Assembly (NCBI GenBank): GCA_037129925.1 | Contig: JBAXTZ010000004.1 | Coordinates: 21,444 to 85,443 of the forward strand | Length of the DNA: 64,000 nucleotides | From: Bacillota bacterium | GTDB lineage: Bacteria; Bacillota; Negativicutes; JBAXTZ01 | Reading direction: 5' to 3' | Shown here: positions 19,582 to 29,381 of the stretch, in pieces | How positions within the stretch are numbered: position 1 is the stretch's first letter | Layout: each line of letters starts with the position of its first letter | The notes under the pieces: model-generated | What the model was told of the DNA's origin: nothing | The model's database searches: none | Seen by the model: the letters and a program-made list of their open reading frames with translations, nothing else | Translations under genes and position numbers: made by a program

Positions 19582-20880
19582 CTAACTCTTTACAACTTTG
19601 CTTAACAACTCAGCAAACCCCGGGAAGGAAATATCAATACACTCGTCATTGTCAATACTGGTCTGCCCGTCAGCAAACAATCCGGCGATTGCCGCTGCCA
19701 TTGCAATCCGGTGGTCATGATAGCTTTCGATAGCCGCTCCGTGCAACTTCTGCCCGCCCTGAATTATCATGCCATCAGGCAATTCTTCAATCACCGCGCC
19801 CATTTTGCGAAACGCGGTGACGATCGCGGTTATCCGGTCTGATTCCTTGACCCGCAATTCCTGCGCCCCGGTTATCGTGGTTTTTCCTTCAGCAATCATT
19901 GCCAGGACAGCGATGATCGGAATTTCATCTATCAACCGCGGCATAATATCGATGCCGATTTCGACGCCCTGCAACTTGCCAGTGCGCACGATAATATCAC
20001 CGGATATTTCGGCATTGTTCTCTGTTATATTATCAAATTCAATATTTGCGCCCATAATTCTCAAAACGTCAATTATCCCGGTACGTGTTGGATTCAAACC
20101 GACATTCCGGATAATCAATTCAGAATTCGGCAACAGCGCCGCGGCTACTAAAAAAAATGCCGCTGACGAAATATCACCAGGGACAACTATTTTTTGTGCA
20201 ATCAGTTGTTTTGGGGCGAGTATTGTCGCTTGGACTCCGGCGCTTAGAATATCAACACCAAAAGCCCGCAGCATCCGCTCGGTGTGATCGCGGGATAATA
20301 CTGGTTCAGAAACTCTAGTGCGACCATTAGCGTATAATCCGGCAAGCAAAATCGCCGACTTTACCTGAGCGCTGGCGACAGTGGACTGCCAGTCTATAGC
20401 TATTAAATTCCCGCCGCAAATCGTAAGCGGTGCACAACATTTTTCACCAACTCCGGACACCTCGGCTCCCATCAATCGCAGTGGCGTAGCCACTCGGTTC
20501 ATCGGACGATGTTGCAAAGAGGAATCGCCAATCAATCTACTCGTAAATGGCTGTCCGGCAAGGATGCCACTCAACAGCCGCATCGTCGTTCCGGAGTTTC
20601 CAGCATCGAGCGCGGTGGACGGTTCGTTTAAGCCGTATAAACCCTTCCCCTCAACTTCAATCAATTCATTGCGATTGTTAATTTCTATACCCAATTTTCG
20701 AAAACAAGCTATTGTACTTAAACAATCTTCGCCTTGCAAAAAGCCGGAAATTTCACTCTTGCCCTGACTAATCGCCGCTAACATTACCGCCCGATGCGAG
20801 ATTGATTTATCGCCCGGCACAGTTATTTCGCCACGAATAGTCTTTGCGGGATTAATTATCAGCATAGCGTTCATCTCCAT
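19582..20880 (-). CDS. aroA: 3-phosphoshikimate 1-carboxyvinyltransferase (EPSP synthase)
   Basis: VPGDKSISHRAVMLAA and full-length EPSPS pattern. The start may be one of the downstream in-frame ATGs. Overlaps the tyrA 3' end. Confidence 0.93.
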   Translation of the reverse strand: MEMNAMLIINPAKTIRGEITVPGDKSISHRAVMLAAISQGKSEISGFLQGEDCLSTIACFRKLGIEINNRNELIEVEGKGLYGLNEPSTALDAGNSGTTMRLLSGILAGQPFTSRLIGDSSLQHRPMNRVATPLRLMGAEVSGVGEKCCAPLTICGGNLIAIDWQSTVASAQVKSAILLAGLYANGRTRVSEPVLSRDHTERMLRAFGVDILSAGVQATILAPKQLIAQKIVVPGDISSAAFFLVAAALLPNSELIIRNVGLNPTRTGIIDVLRIMGANIEFDNITENNAEISGDIIVRTGKLQGVEIGIDIMPRLIDEIPIIAVLAMIAEGKTTITGAQELRVKESDRITAIVTAFRKMGAVIEELPDGMIIQGGQKLHGAAIESYHDHRIAMAAAIAGLFADGQTSIDNDECIDISFPGFAELLSKVVKS

Positions 20881-21982
20881 CTAGCGCTACGTTAAAGCCC
20901 TGATTGCTTAGCAGTTTTCCAGCGGCGCTCTGTTCATTATCGCTGACAAAAGCGATTCGAATCGCTCCATCGACGTTTTCCCGCACATGTAAGATTTCGA
21001 TTTCACAAATATTCAATTTGTTTTCGCCAATTATTTGCGTAAGCTTAGCGATTATTCCCGGCTGGTCTTTGACCGAAACAAAAATATTAAATGCACTCGG
21101 CAAATAATCGCGCCCGTGCTTAGGCAATCCCTCACGCACAAATTTAGCTTTTGCTAAAAAGTCCTGCAAGGCGATGTCGTTTTCGTCAGCAATTAGCGCC
21201 CGCAGCTCGCCAAGCTGCTGTTCGAGCCGCGCCAGTTCCGGCAACACTGCCTGACGGTTCAACAACAATATGTCCCGCCACAGTTCCGGCTGTCCGGCAG
21301 CAATCCGGGTCGTATCCCGAAATCCGCCACCGGCAAATGCCGCAAAATTAATACTATCCCCGGTAGCCAGGGTATTAGCGACCAACGCTGCCGCGATATG
21401 CGGCAAATGGCTGATCCGCGCGACAATTCTATCGTGTTCGTCTGGCGAAATAGTTATCGGTAAAGCACCGATGGTAGTTATTAGTTGCTTTAGTTGTTCA
21501 AGGTGTTGGTAGTCGCTGTTTTCTGAAGGGGTAAGAAAATAGTAAGCATTCTCAAATAGATACGGAGTTGCTGCCCAAAAACCGTTTTTTTCCGAACCGG
21601 CCATCGGATGACCGCCGATAAAGGCAACATTTGGCATACACTCTTTGGCCAGTTCAGCAACATAACCCTTTACGCTGCCGACATCGCTGACGATAAACCG
21701 TCTGCCTTTGGTCAGTATGGCAATTTCGGAAAACAACTCCGCGTATGCGCCAAGCGGCGCTGCAACAACAACCAATCCCTCTTCAATCAGCGCCTCCGGC
21801 AAACTCATAGCAACAACATCGATGGCGCCTTTAGCGAAAGCAGCATCGACATTTTTGCGGTCGCGGTCAAAGCCGCGTATAGTTCCTGAAAAACCGGCAC
21901 TCTTCAACGCCAACGCCAACGATCCGCCGACTAAGCCAATTCCGATTATTATTATATTCTGAAATCCCAACTCCCCACTCAA
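20852..21982 (-). CDS. tyrA: Prephenate dehydrogenase with C-terminal ACT domain
   Basis: Rossmann motif IIIIGIGLVGGS. PDH core and ACT domain. TTG start lies inside a duplicated 21-bp unit. Confidence 0.88.
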   Translation of the reverse strand: MSGELGFQNIIIIGIGLVGGSLALALKSAGFSGTIRGFDRDRKNVDAAFAKGAIDVVAMSLPEALIEEGLVVVAAPLGAYAELFSEIAILTKGRRFIVSDVGSVKGYVAELAKECMPNVAFIGGHPMAGSEKNGFWAATPYLFENAYYFLTPSENSDYQHLEQLKQLITTIGALPITISPDEHDRIVARISHLPHIAAALVANTLATGDSINFAAFAGGGFRDTTRIAAGQPELWRDILLLNRQAVLPELARLEQQLGELRALIADENDIALQDFLAKAKFVREGLPKHGRDYLPSAFNIFVSVKDQPGIIAKLTQIIGENKLNICEIEILHVRENVDGAIRIAFVSDNEQSAAGKLLSNQGFNVALDGDERYADN

Positions 21983-22012
21983 TACTTCTTACTCCCCACT
22001 CAATACTTCTTA
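21971..22012. repeat. Perfect 2 x 21-bp tandem duplication (ctccccactcaatacttctta) spanning the tyrA translation-initiation site
   Basis: Two identical adjacent 21-mers. The second copy holds the TTG start. The first copy supplies an SD-like GAGTGGGGAG about 9 nt upstream and an in-frame TAA. Confidence 0.8.
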
Positions 22013-22029
22013 CGTATGAATACTATTGG

Positions 22030-22148
22030 CTAATGGCTAATGGTTAAAGCTAAAAGTTAATAGTAACAATCTGCAAACCGCTTAAACTTTCACTTTGCAC
22101 ATCTTCCTTCTACTTTTCACTTTTCACCATTAACTTTTAACCGTCAAC
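22030..22148 (-). other. Structured intergenic element within the aro operon (copy 1) between aroF and tyrA
   Basis: The ggttaaagctaaaagttaat (22044) and attaacttttaacc (22119) arms form a long-range inverted repeat. They enclose tandem ttttcac/ctttcac motifs. Low-complexity and repetitive. Confidence 0.35.
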
Positions 22149-23150
22149 CTATATCGCTTCCATAATTTTACGTACCGAATTTACCAACAAGCCGAATTTT
22201 TCCGGTTTGAGTGACTGGGCGCCATCGCACAACGCTTCTTTGGGATTGTGATGTACTTCAATAATCAGTCCGTCAGCGCCAACGGCTATCGCCGCTTTGG
22301 ACAGTGGCGCTACCATCTCCCATTTGCCACAGGCGTGACTAGGATCAACGATAATCGGCAAGTGACTGAGCTGCTGAACCGCCGGAATGATGCTCAAATC
22401 CAGAGTATTACGAGTATAAGTATCAAAAGTGCGAATACCTCGCTCACACAGCACAACTTGATGATTTCCACCGGCCATGATATATTCTGCCGACATCAAC
22501 AGTTCTTCTAGTGTTGCGCACAACCCGCGTTTCAACAAAATTGGCTTGCGGCTTTTGCCGGCGCGCTTTAATAACGAGAAATTCTGCATATTGCGGGCGC
22601 CAATCTGAATCATGTCTGAATATTTTTCAACAATATCAAAGGTTTCCACGCACATAACTTCGGTAACAAACGGCAAACCACTCGACTCCCGCGCTGCCGC
22701 CAATATTGCCAGCCCTGCTTCCTCTAATCCCTGAAAACTGTACGGCGAAGTACGCGGCTTGTAAGCCCCACCCCGAAACATCGTCGCGCCCAAACTTTTT
22801 ACCAAGTTCGCAGTCAACACCATCTGCTCGACACTTTCTACTGAACATGGACCGGCAATAAACGCCTTATGTCCGCCGCCGACTTTAAAATCGCCAACTT
22901 GAACGATGGTGTCTTCCGGATGAAACGCCCGACTAGCCAACTTATACGGATATTGGATGCGCATTACCCGTTCAATGCTGGAATTAACACTCAAAGTCTG
23001 AATATCAATGCGGCTGGTATCACCAATCAAATGTAAAGAATTCCAATGCTCGCCATGAATTTGCTTTACTTCGACACCAAGACGATGTAACTGTTTTTTT
23101 AATTCGGCAACCGATTTTTTCTCAGCGTTGGGTTTTAAAATAATAATCAT
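22149..23150 (-). CDS. aroF: 3-deoxy-7-phosphoheptulonate (DAHP) synthase, type I-beta with N-terminal regulatory domain
   Basis: 333 aa. An N-terminal approx 70 aa ferredoxin-like extension is followed by the DAHPS/KDO8PS-like barrel (GPCSVES, RGGAYKPRTSPY). Confidence 0.9.
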   Translation of the reverse strand: MIIILKPNAEKKSVAELKKQLHRLGVEVKQIHGEHWNSLHLIGDTSRIDIQTLSVNSSIERVMRIQYPYKLASRAFHPEDTIVQVGDFKVGGGHKAFIAGPCSVESVEQMVLTANLVKSLGATMFRGGAYKPRTSPYSFQGLEEAGLAILAAARESSGLPFVTEVMCVETFDIVEKYSDMIQIGARNMQNFSLLKRAGKSRKPILLKRGLCATLEELLMSAEYIMAGGNHQVVLCERGIRTFDTYTRNTLDLSIIPAVQQLSHLPIIVDPSHACGKWEMVAPLSKAAIAVGADGLIIEVHHNPKEALCDGAQSLKPEKFGLLVNSVRKIMEAI

Positions 23151-23227
23151 AAATTCATCCTCAACTCCCTTATTGTAAGGCTATTGTAACATATAATCAG
23201 CTGGACTACATTGGTTTAGCTCTACTT

Positions 23228-23746
23228 TTACAGCGCTGGCATCATCACGACTAACACAGCGATGATTAGCACTACCGTCATAAACGGACGGGCGATATTT
23301 TTCCATTGGCGGTTGCCGTCACTGATCGCCGATACAGCGTGGTTGGCGCTGGACATTGCATAGAATAATAGTACGGCAGTCATTAAGGCAAAGTAAGCGT
23401 TTACTCCCCACTCACACCACCAGGCTATTAATGTAGCGATAGCTACGGCAAGATTGTTTAGTCCGCTTTGGATTTGATAGCGACGGCTGCCACCGCCATA
23501 ACCGGAAACCTTGCTTGCCGTTTCGCCAAAAAACACACTCTCAATCCCGGTCAACCCGGACAACGGTATTATTACCAATGGTGCCAGAATCACAAACCGT
23601 GCCACGGCGTCCTGACCAAAAAAATATGCCAGTTGAAATGCGGCTACGATTAGTACCCAGCGCGCAATCTCTAACATTCCGCAAATTCGTCCACTCATCT
23701 TTTTCAACCTTCTTATCTTCTGCTCACTTGTGATTCGCCTTGGCAA
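23228..23746 (-). CDS. Hypothetical membrane protein
   Basis: Four predicted TM helices. The start may be the internal ATG (MSGRICGML, about 23698), since the long form overlaps the ClC gene by 23 nt. Confidence 0.45.
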   Translation of the reverse strand: MPRRITSEQKIRRLKKMSGRICGMLEIARWVLIVAAFQLAYFFGQDAVARFVILAPLVIIPLSGLTGIESVFFGETASKVSGYGGGSRRYQIQSGLNNLAVAIATLIAWWCEWGVNAYFALMTAVLLFYAMSSANHAVSAISDGNRQWKNIARPFMTVVLIIAVLVVMMPAL

Positions 23747-24989
23747 GATTTCGTTCTACCAGTTCCTCATAAATTGGTCGCGTTCCCAGAAAATCCGCCG
23801 TCAGCATCGCTGCCACACAGACGACTGCCAACGGTAAAAAACAGACAAAAGAATTGGTAAGTTCGGCAGTTAACGCAACCGCAGTCAGGGGCGCCCGAAT
23901 AATCGCGGTAAAGTAGCCGCCCATGACCAAAACCATTATCATATTAGCATCAGTGGTAATACCAACTGCCGCACAACTTTTTGCCGCAATCAGTCCAAGC
24001 AACATTCCCAACCCTAACAACGGTACAAAAATCCCACCCGGAGCGTTGGACAGCATACTTGCCATGGTGAACAGCCACTTAAGCAAGAACAATGCCACAA
24101 CCCATAGCAATACTGAATTTTCGATTGCCGCCGTTGCAAAACAGCCTTCGCGGACACCAAGTAGTTGCGGGATAGTCAAACCGAAAATCCCGGTAATGAT
24201 GAAGATCCCAACAAATTTAATTTTCCGGTCGATATTTTGGCAACGGTCATACAGCCAAAAATAACTTTTACTAAAAAAAGCGCCCAAAACCCCTGCCAGA
24301 ACGCCGATCAAAATAATAATTCCATACTCCGTTAGTTTTGGAACCGGAAACTCAGTAATTTTTATTAGCGGTGCGATACCAAACAGTTTTTCGGTCACCA
24401 TCGTCGAGGTTATCGACGCTAACAATACGCACACCAAAGTCAATGGTGACAATTTCTTATACAATTCTTCAATCGCAAACATCGCACCGGCTAGTGGTGC
24501 GTTCAAAGCCGCCGCCAACCCGGCTCCGGCGCCGCAACCGAAAAGTAGTTTGAAATCAATTTCGGTCTTGAAAAATTTTCTTACACTGGCACCGACTAAC
24601 GAGCCGATTTGCACCGACGGACCCTCGCGCCCCAAGGACAAACCAACGCCCAGGCAGATTACCCCGCCAAAGATTTTGTAGCCAATAAGTTTCAGCCAAT
24701 TTCGCTCGGCCGGATTGTTGATTTCCATCTGGGTTTGCGGCACCCCGCTACCGGAAATATATGGCTCGCGTTGCACAAGCCAACAGCTCAGCAACCCTGC
24801 TCCCGACAACAGTGCAAACAAAATTATCAGCAACCACCACGAATGGGCGGCTGCGCGATAAAATGTGTCCATAACCGTAGCGATATTTTCGACAAAATAG
24901 CGATATAACGATATAGCGATTCCGACAAATCCGCCAACTACAATACTGGCAGCGATAGTAATCCAGTAACTTCGTTCAGTTTTTAACAT
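23724..24989 (-). CDS. ClC family voltage-gated chloride channel / H+-Cl- antiporter
   Basis: ClC selectivity motifs GREGP and GxFxP-like region. 421 aa polytopic. Confidence 0.85.
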   Translation of the reverse strand: MLKTERSYWITIAASIVVGGFVGIAISLYRYFVENIATVMDTFYRAAAHSWWLLIILFALLSGAGLLSCWLVQREPYISGSGVPQTQMEINNPAERNWLKLIGYKIFGGVICLGVGLSLGREGPSVQIGSLVGASVRKFFKTEIDFKLLFGCGAGAGLAAALNAPLAGAMFAIEELYKKLSPLTLVCVLLASITSTMVTEKLFGIAPLIKITEFPVPKLTEYGIIILIGVLAGVLGAFFSKSYFWLYDRCQNIDRKIKFVGIFIITGIFGLTIPQLLGVREGCFATAAIENSVLLWVVALFLLKWLFTMASMLSNAPGGIFVPLLGLGMLLGLIAAKSCAAVGITTDANMIMVLVMGGYFTAIIRAPLTAVALTAELTNSFVCFLPLAVVCVAAMLTADFLGTRPIYEELVERNLAKANHK

Positions 24990-25012
24990 ACCACCTCGTC
25001 CGAAAGCTTATT

Positions 25013-26212
25013 TTATTGCAAATGCGCATCAGCTTTGGCTAATTTCAAATGTTTTATCAACGGCGCTACCGTCAATCCTTGCACAATCAACGAAAACAAT
25101 ACTACCGCAAATGTGTAGGTAAGTAAAGTGTCACGATAAGGAAAATCAAGGGCGATGCCCATAACCATCGCCATCGACAGCGCCCCGCGCAAACTGCTCC
25201 ACACCAGCATGTGCTGCCAATTGACCGGAATTTTTTTGCCAACCAGCCGAAAAATTGCCGCTAAAAAATACACCGAAAGCGCCCGGCCAAAAAGCACCAC
25301 TACCGCGCCAAATAACAGCGGTTGCCAAAATTCAGCGGTAATAATTTTAACCACTTCGATACCAATCAACAAAAACACCAGCGAGTTTACCGCAAATGCC
25401 GCATATTCCCAAAACGCCATTACCGCGTTATAGGCGCTCGCCGATAACCGTTTGGAGATTCCATAATTGCCGATAACCAGGCTGGCAACAACCACGGCAA
25501 TAACGCCGGAAACGTGGACAGACTCGGCAGCTATATAAGTTCCATAAGCCGCTATAGTCGTAAGTGTAGTACAGAGCAAATGGTCTTTGGTTTTCATCAT
25601 TAAATACGACACGAGTGCGCCGATAACCAACCCGACTACGATGCCGCCGCAAACATTCCGGCCAAACAGCAGCAAACTCTCAATCAGGGAAAAGCTATTA
25701 CTAACAATAATTTGCTGAACCACAACAAACAGCACCACCGCCACGCCATCATTAAACAAACTTTCCGCTTCCACCACCATCGTCAACCGCTCGTTCATAC
25801 CGCTACTGCGAAAAATCGCCAACACCGAAATCGGGTCAGTCGGCGAAATAATCGCGCCAAACAACAGCGCCACAAACAGCGGCACGCCAAACAGCGCCGA
25901 CATCGACCAACCGACTGTGCACATCGAGATGATTGTGCCAAACAGCGCCAACACCAATATCAACTGCCACTGATGCCGCAGGTACTGCAACTTGATATTA
26001 ATCCCGCCCTCGAATAACAACGGCGGCAAAAATACCGCAAACAGCAACTCCGGGCTAAGATGTGCTTGGGGAATCCAGCCCAACGCCCCAATGCCCAAAC
26101 CCGCCACAACTAAAGCGATAGTGTAGGGTATTTTGATCAGCCGCCCCAGCATCCCGACAACAAACGATGCCAACAGCAAGGCGAAAGCAGTGTAAATTTC
26201 TATATTTTGCAT
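25013..26212 (-). CDS. CPA1 family Na+/H+ antiporter (NhaP type)
   Basis: Na_H_Exchanger domain. Start taken at MQNIEIYT to avoid overlap with the hsdR 3' end. Confidence 0.85.
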   Translation of the reverse strand: MQNIEIYTAFALLLASFVVGMLGRLIKIPYTIALVVAGLGIGALGWIPQAHLSPELLFAVFLPPLLFEGGINIKLQYLRHQWQLILVLALFGTIISMCTVGWSMSALFGVPLFVALLFGAIISPTDPISVLAIFRSSGMNERLTMVVEAESLFNDGVAVVLFVVVQQIIVSNSFSLIESLLLFGRNVCGGIVVGLVIGALVSYLMMKTKDHLLCTTLTTIAAYGTYIAAESVHVSGVIAVVVASLVIGNYGISKRLSASAYNAVMAFWEYAAFAVNSLVFLLIGIEVVKIITAEFWQPLLFGAVVVLFGRALSVYFLAAIFRLVGKKIPVNWQHMLVWSSLRGALSMAMVMGIALDFPYRDTLLTYTFAVVLFSLIVQGLTVAPLIKHLKLAKADAHLQ

Positions 26213-26240
26213 AATGCTCCAAAATCTTGATTTTAATGAA

Positions 26241-29200
26241 TCATACCTTCCCGCCCACGCCTTTAAACTTCTCAACAAAAGCGGCGTTTTTTTGGAAGAC
26301 ACGTTGTTTTTTTGTTAAGTATTGCGGATTGAGCGGACTCATTTTGGGCAGAATTGCATTTAACTCAGTGCCATTTTCACTTGCATACTCTCGTTTTAAT
26401 GACGCTGTGATATAACGCTTAGCGGCACCAATATTCAGGGTTTCAGTGATAATTAATTCTTCTGCTTCCCGTTGTTGCTCGGTTTGTGCAAAGGTGAAGA
26501 ACGCATCAATAATGCTGGCTTTGTCGAGAATGTCGTCCAGGTTGGTTTGGTTAATAAACTCAACCAGCAAATTTTCTTTGGCACGGTTGCCAATGCTGGC
26601 GCGGATTAAACGGCGTACTTCTTCGACCAATGCCGATTTATCTTTAAGCTTTTTATTGTTTTCAAAAATCAATTCCAATATGTAATCCAGATTAATCTCC
26701 TGCGATTTAAGCAAATCCACCTCAAAAACCACATCATCCCAATCAATAGTTGAGGAGTCTTTTGCATTAGCGGATTGCTCACGGCGAAGCCAGTCGCGAA
26801 TATCGTTATAGGTTGAACGATAATCTTGAATAGTACGCTCGGCGGGTATCGCAATCGTTTGCATGACACTTAAGTCGTCCGAGCTTAGATAGTGCTTAGC
26901 TTTAAACTCCTCCACGGCAGCAGGGTCGGTTACATCTAAACTTTGTAAGGCTTTTAACCCGGCAAATTCATCGTAGTTTTGCAGCACATTCTCGACCCGC
27001 AAATATTCACCAAATAATTTCGCGAAGTCCTTTTTATCTATTTCTTTAACAATTTCGGAAGGCAAGGGGAATCGTTGTTGTAATTCTGCTATCACAGCCA
27101 AATAGCCACGCCGTGCTTCGCCCGTTGCCACATCGGTAAAACCTTCCATGTATTCTTTGTAACTTTTTTCCAACACCACGTTTTTGGTGTTCTTGTCACC
27201 AAACAAAGTAATTGCGTCAATTGTGGCTTGTTCTAAATCGCGGAAGGAGACAATATTGCCAAAAGTCTTGGTAGCATCATAAATACGGTTAGTACGTGAA
27301 TAGGCTTGCATCAAGCCGTGGTAACGCAGGTTTTTATCCACGAACAAGGTATTCAAAGTTGGCGCATCAAAACCTGTTAAAAACATACCCACGACAATAA
27401 GCAAATCAACTTCCTGGTTTTTTACCCGCTTGGCGAGGTCTCGGTAATAGTTTTGAAACCCATTGCTATCAACGCCGTAATTGGTTTTGAACAACGCGTT
27501 ATAGTCAGCAATTGCCGCGCTTAAAAACTCTTTAGCGCTGCTATCCATTGCCGTAATTTCAAAGCTTTCATCAACAATATCTCCTACAGCCTCCTGTTCT
27601 TCATTGGCTGCAAAAGAGAAGATGGTGGCAATGTTAAGCGGCTTGATACTGTCTTTTTGTAAGCGCTTTAGTGATTCATAGTAAAGCTTGGCGGCATCTA
27701 CGCTACTCACGGCAAACATGGCATTAAAGCCTTTTCCATTGGCTTGCAGTCGATGCGTTTTTTGCTTGAAGTTATTCAATATATACTGCGAAATTTCTCG
27801 AAGGCGCTCAGGATGCAGTAGCGCTTGTTTGTTTTCTGCCGCTGTTAGTTTGCTCTCGTCTTGTTCGGTTTCAATCGCCTTAAATTGCGGTCGCACATCA
27901 TTGTAGTCCACTTTGAACTTCAATACTTTTTCATCGCGAATGGCATCGGTAATCACATAGGAATGTAATTCACGCCCAAAAACGCTGGCAGTGGTCTCGG
28001 CACCCAAGGCGTTTAGTGGTAATATCGGCGTACCGGTAAAACCAAATTGGTAGAACTGCTTGAACTTTTTCTTTAAATTTGCTTGTGCTTCACCAAACTG
28101 CGAACGATGTGCCTCGTCAAAAATAAATACCACTTGCTTGTTGTAGATGGGCAAGTCGCCTTCACTTTTCATTAAGTTATTCAGTTTTTGGATGGTGGTA
28201 ACAATGATTTTATTGTCATCTTTTTCAAGATTACGCTTTAGCCCGGCGGTACTGTCTGAGCCATTGACACTATCCGGCGAAAAGCGTTGATACTCTTTCA
28301 TGGTTTGAAAGTCGAGATCTTTGCGGTCGACCACAAAAAAGACCTTATCAATAAAATCGAGTTCGGTAGCCAAGCGTGCTGCTTTGAAGCTGGTTAAGGT
28401 TTTGCCCGATCCTGTGGTATGCCAGATAAAGCCACCACTTTCTGTGGCGCTCCAGTTTTTTGCCTGATAAGCGCTCTTTATTTTCCACAAAATGCGCTCG
28501 GTCGCGGCAATTTGGTATGGGCGCATTACCAATAATGTATCACTAACATCAAATACCGAATAATGCAGCAGCACATTCAACAAAGTATTTTTTTGAAAAA
28601 AGGTTGCAGTGAAATCTTTTAAGTCTTTAATCAACGTATTATCTGCTCTTGCCCAATTCATGGTGAAATCAAAACTGTTTTTATCGCGTTTGGTGGTATT
28701 GGCAAAATAGCGGCTATCTGTCCCGTTTGAAATTACGAAAAGCTGTAAATATTTAAACAGTGAATTGCCTTTATTGAAACTTTCTTTGCTATAGCGATGT
28801 ACTTGGTTGAAGGCTTCGCGAATGGCCACACCGCGTTTTTTCAGCTCGACTTGCACTAAGGGCAAACCATTGACCAAAATGGTGACATCGTACCGATTGG
28901 CCTGCGTGCCTTTTTGTTCAAACTGTTTAATCACCTGCACTTTATTGCGGGCAAGGTTTTTCTTGTCCAACAGGTAGATATTCTGGATATGCCCATCATC
29001 AAACACAAAATCGTGGATATAGTCGTCATGAACTTTACGCGTTTTGTCAATGCTATTATCGCTGGGCTTATCTAAATATTCCTCAACAAAGCGCAACCAT
29101 TCCCCCTCGAAGAACTGCACATTATTGAGGGTTTGTAGCTGCACGCGAATATTAGCCAGCAATTTCTCGGACGTGTTTAAGTCGCTAAGATATTCATAGC

Positions 29201-29360
29201 CTTGGCTTACTAAGTCAGCGATAAACTCGCGCTCTAAAGCGCCTTCGCTCTGGTAGGGTTCATTGACCTGCCAACACTTGGTGTATTTATCCAGCACGAT
29301 GAAGTTATTCGATTCGGCAATGGTTTTATAGTCGCTCATTTGGTTATTCTCCTCCAACAT
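26241..29360 (-). CDS. hsdR: Type I restriction enzyme R subunit
   Basis: 1039 aa. SF2 helicase motifs (TGSGKT, DEAH-like FDEAHRSQ) and the type I HsdR N-terminal nuclease region. Confidence 0.95.
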   Translation of the reverse strand: MLEENNQMSDYKTIAESNNFIVLDKYTKCWQVNEPYQSEGALEREFIADLVSQGYEYLSDLNTSEKLLANIRVQLQTLNNVQFFEGEWLRFVEEYLDKPSDNSIDKTRKVHDDYIHDFVFDDGHIQNIYLLDKKNLARNKVQVIKQFEQKGTQANRYDVTILVNGLPLVQVELKKRGVAIREAFNQVHRYSKESFNKGNSLFKYLQLFVISNGTDSRYFANTTKRDKNSFDFTMNWARADNTLIKDLKDFTATFFQKNTLLNVLLHYSVFDVSDTLLVMRPYQIAATERILWKIKSAYQAKNWSATESGGFIWHTTGSGKTLTSFKAARLATELDFIDKVFFVVDRKDLDFQTMKEYQRFSPDSVNGSDSTAGLKRNLEKDDNKIIVTTIQKLNNLMKSEGDLPIYNKQVVFIFDEAHRSQFGEAQANLKKKFKQFYQFGFTGTPILPLNALGAETTASVFGRELHSYVITDAIRDEKVLKFKVDYNDVRPQFKAIETEQDESKLTAAENKQALLHPERLREISQYILNNFKQKTHRLQANGKGFNAMFAVSSVDAAKLYYESLKRLQKDSIKPLNIATIFSFAANEEQEAVGDIVDESFEITAMDSSAKEFLSAAIADYNALFKTNYGVDSNGFQNYYRDLAKRVKNQEVDLLIVVGMFLTGFDAPTLNTLFVDKNLRYHGLMQAYSRTNRIYDATKTFGNIVSFRDLEQATIDAITLFGDKNTKNVVLEKSYKEYMEGFTDVATGEARRGYLAVIAELQQRFPLPSEIVKEIDKKDFAKLFGEYLRVENVLQNYDEFAGLKALQSLDVTDPAAVEEFKAKHYLSSDDLSVMQTIAIPAERTIQDYRSTYNDIRDWLRREQSANAKDSSTIDWDDVVFEVDLLKSQEINLDYILELIFENNKKLKDKSALVEEVRRLIRASIGNRAKENLLVEFINQTNLDDILDKASIIDAFFTFAQTEQQREAEELIITETLNIGAAKRYITASLKREYASENGTELNAILPKMSPLNPQYLTKKQRVFQKNAAFVEKFKGVGGKV

Positions 29361-29381
29361 GCAACTAGAGTTCCAATTCTC

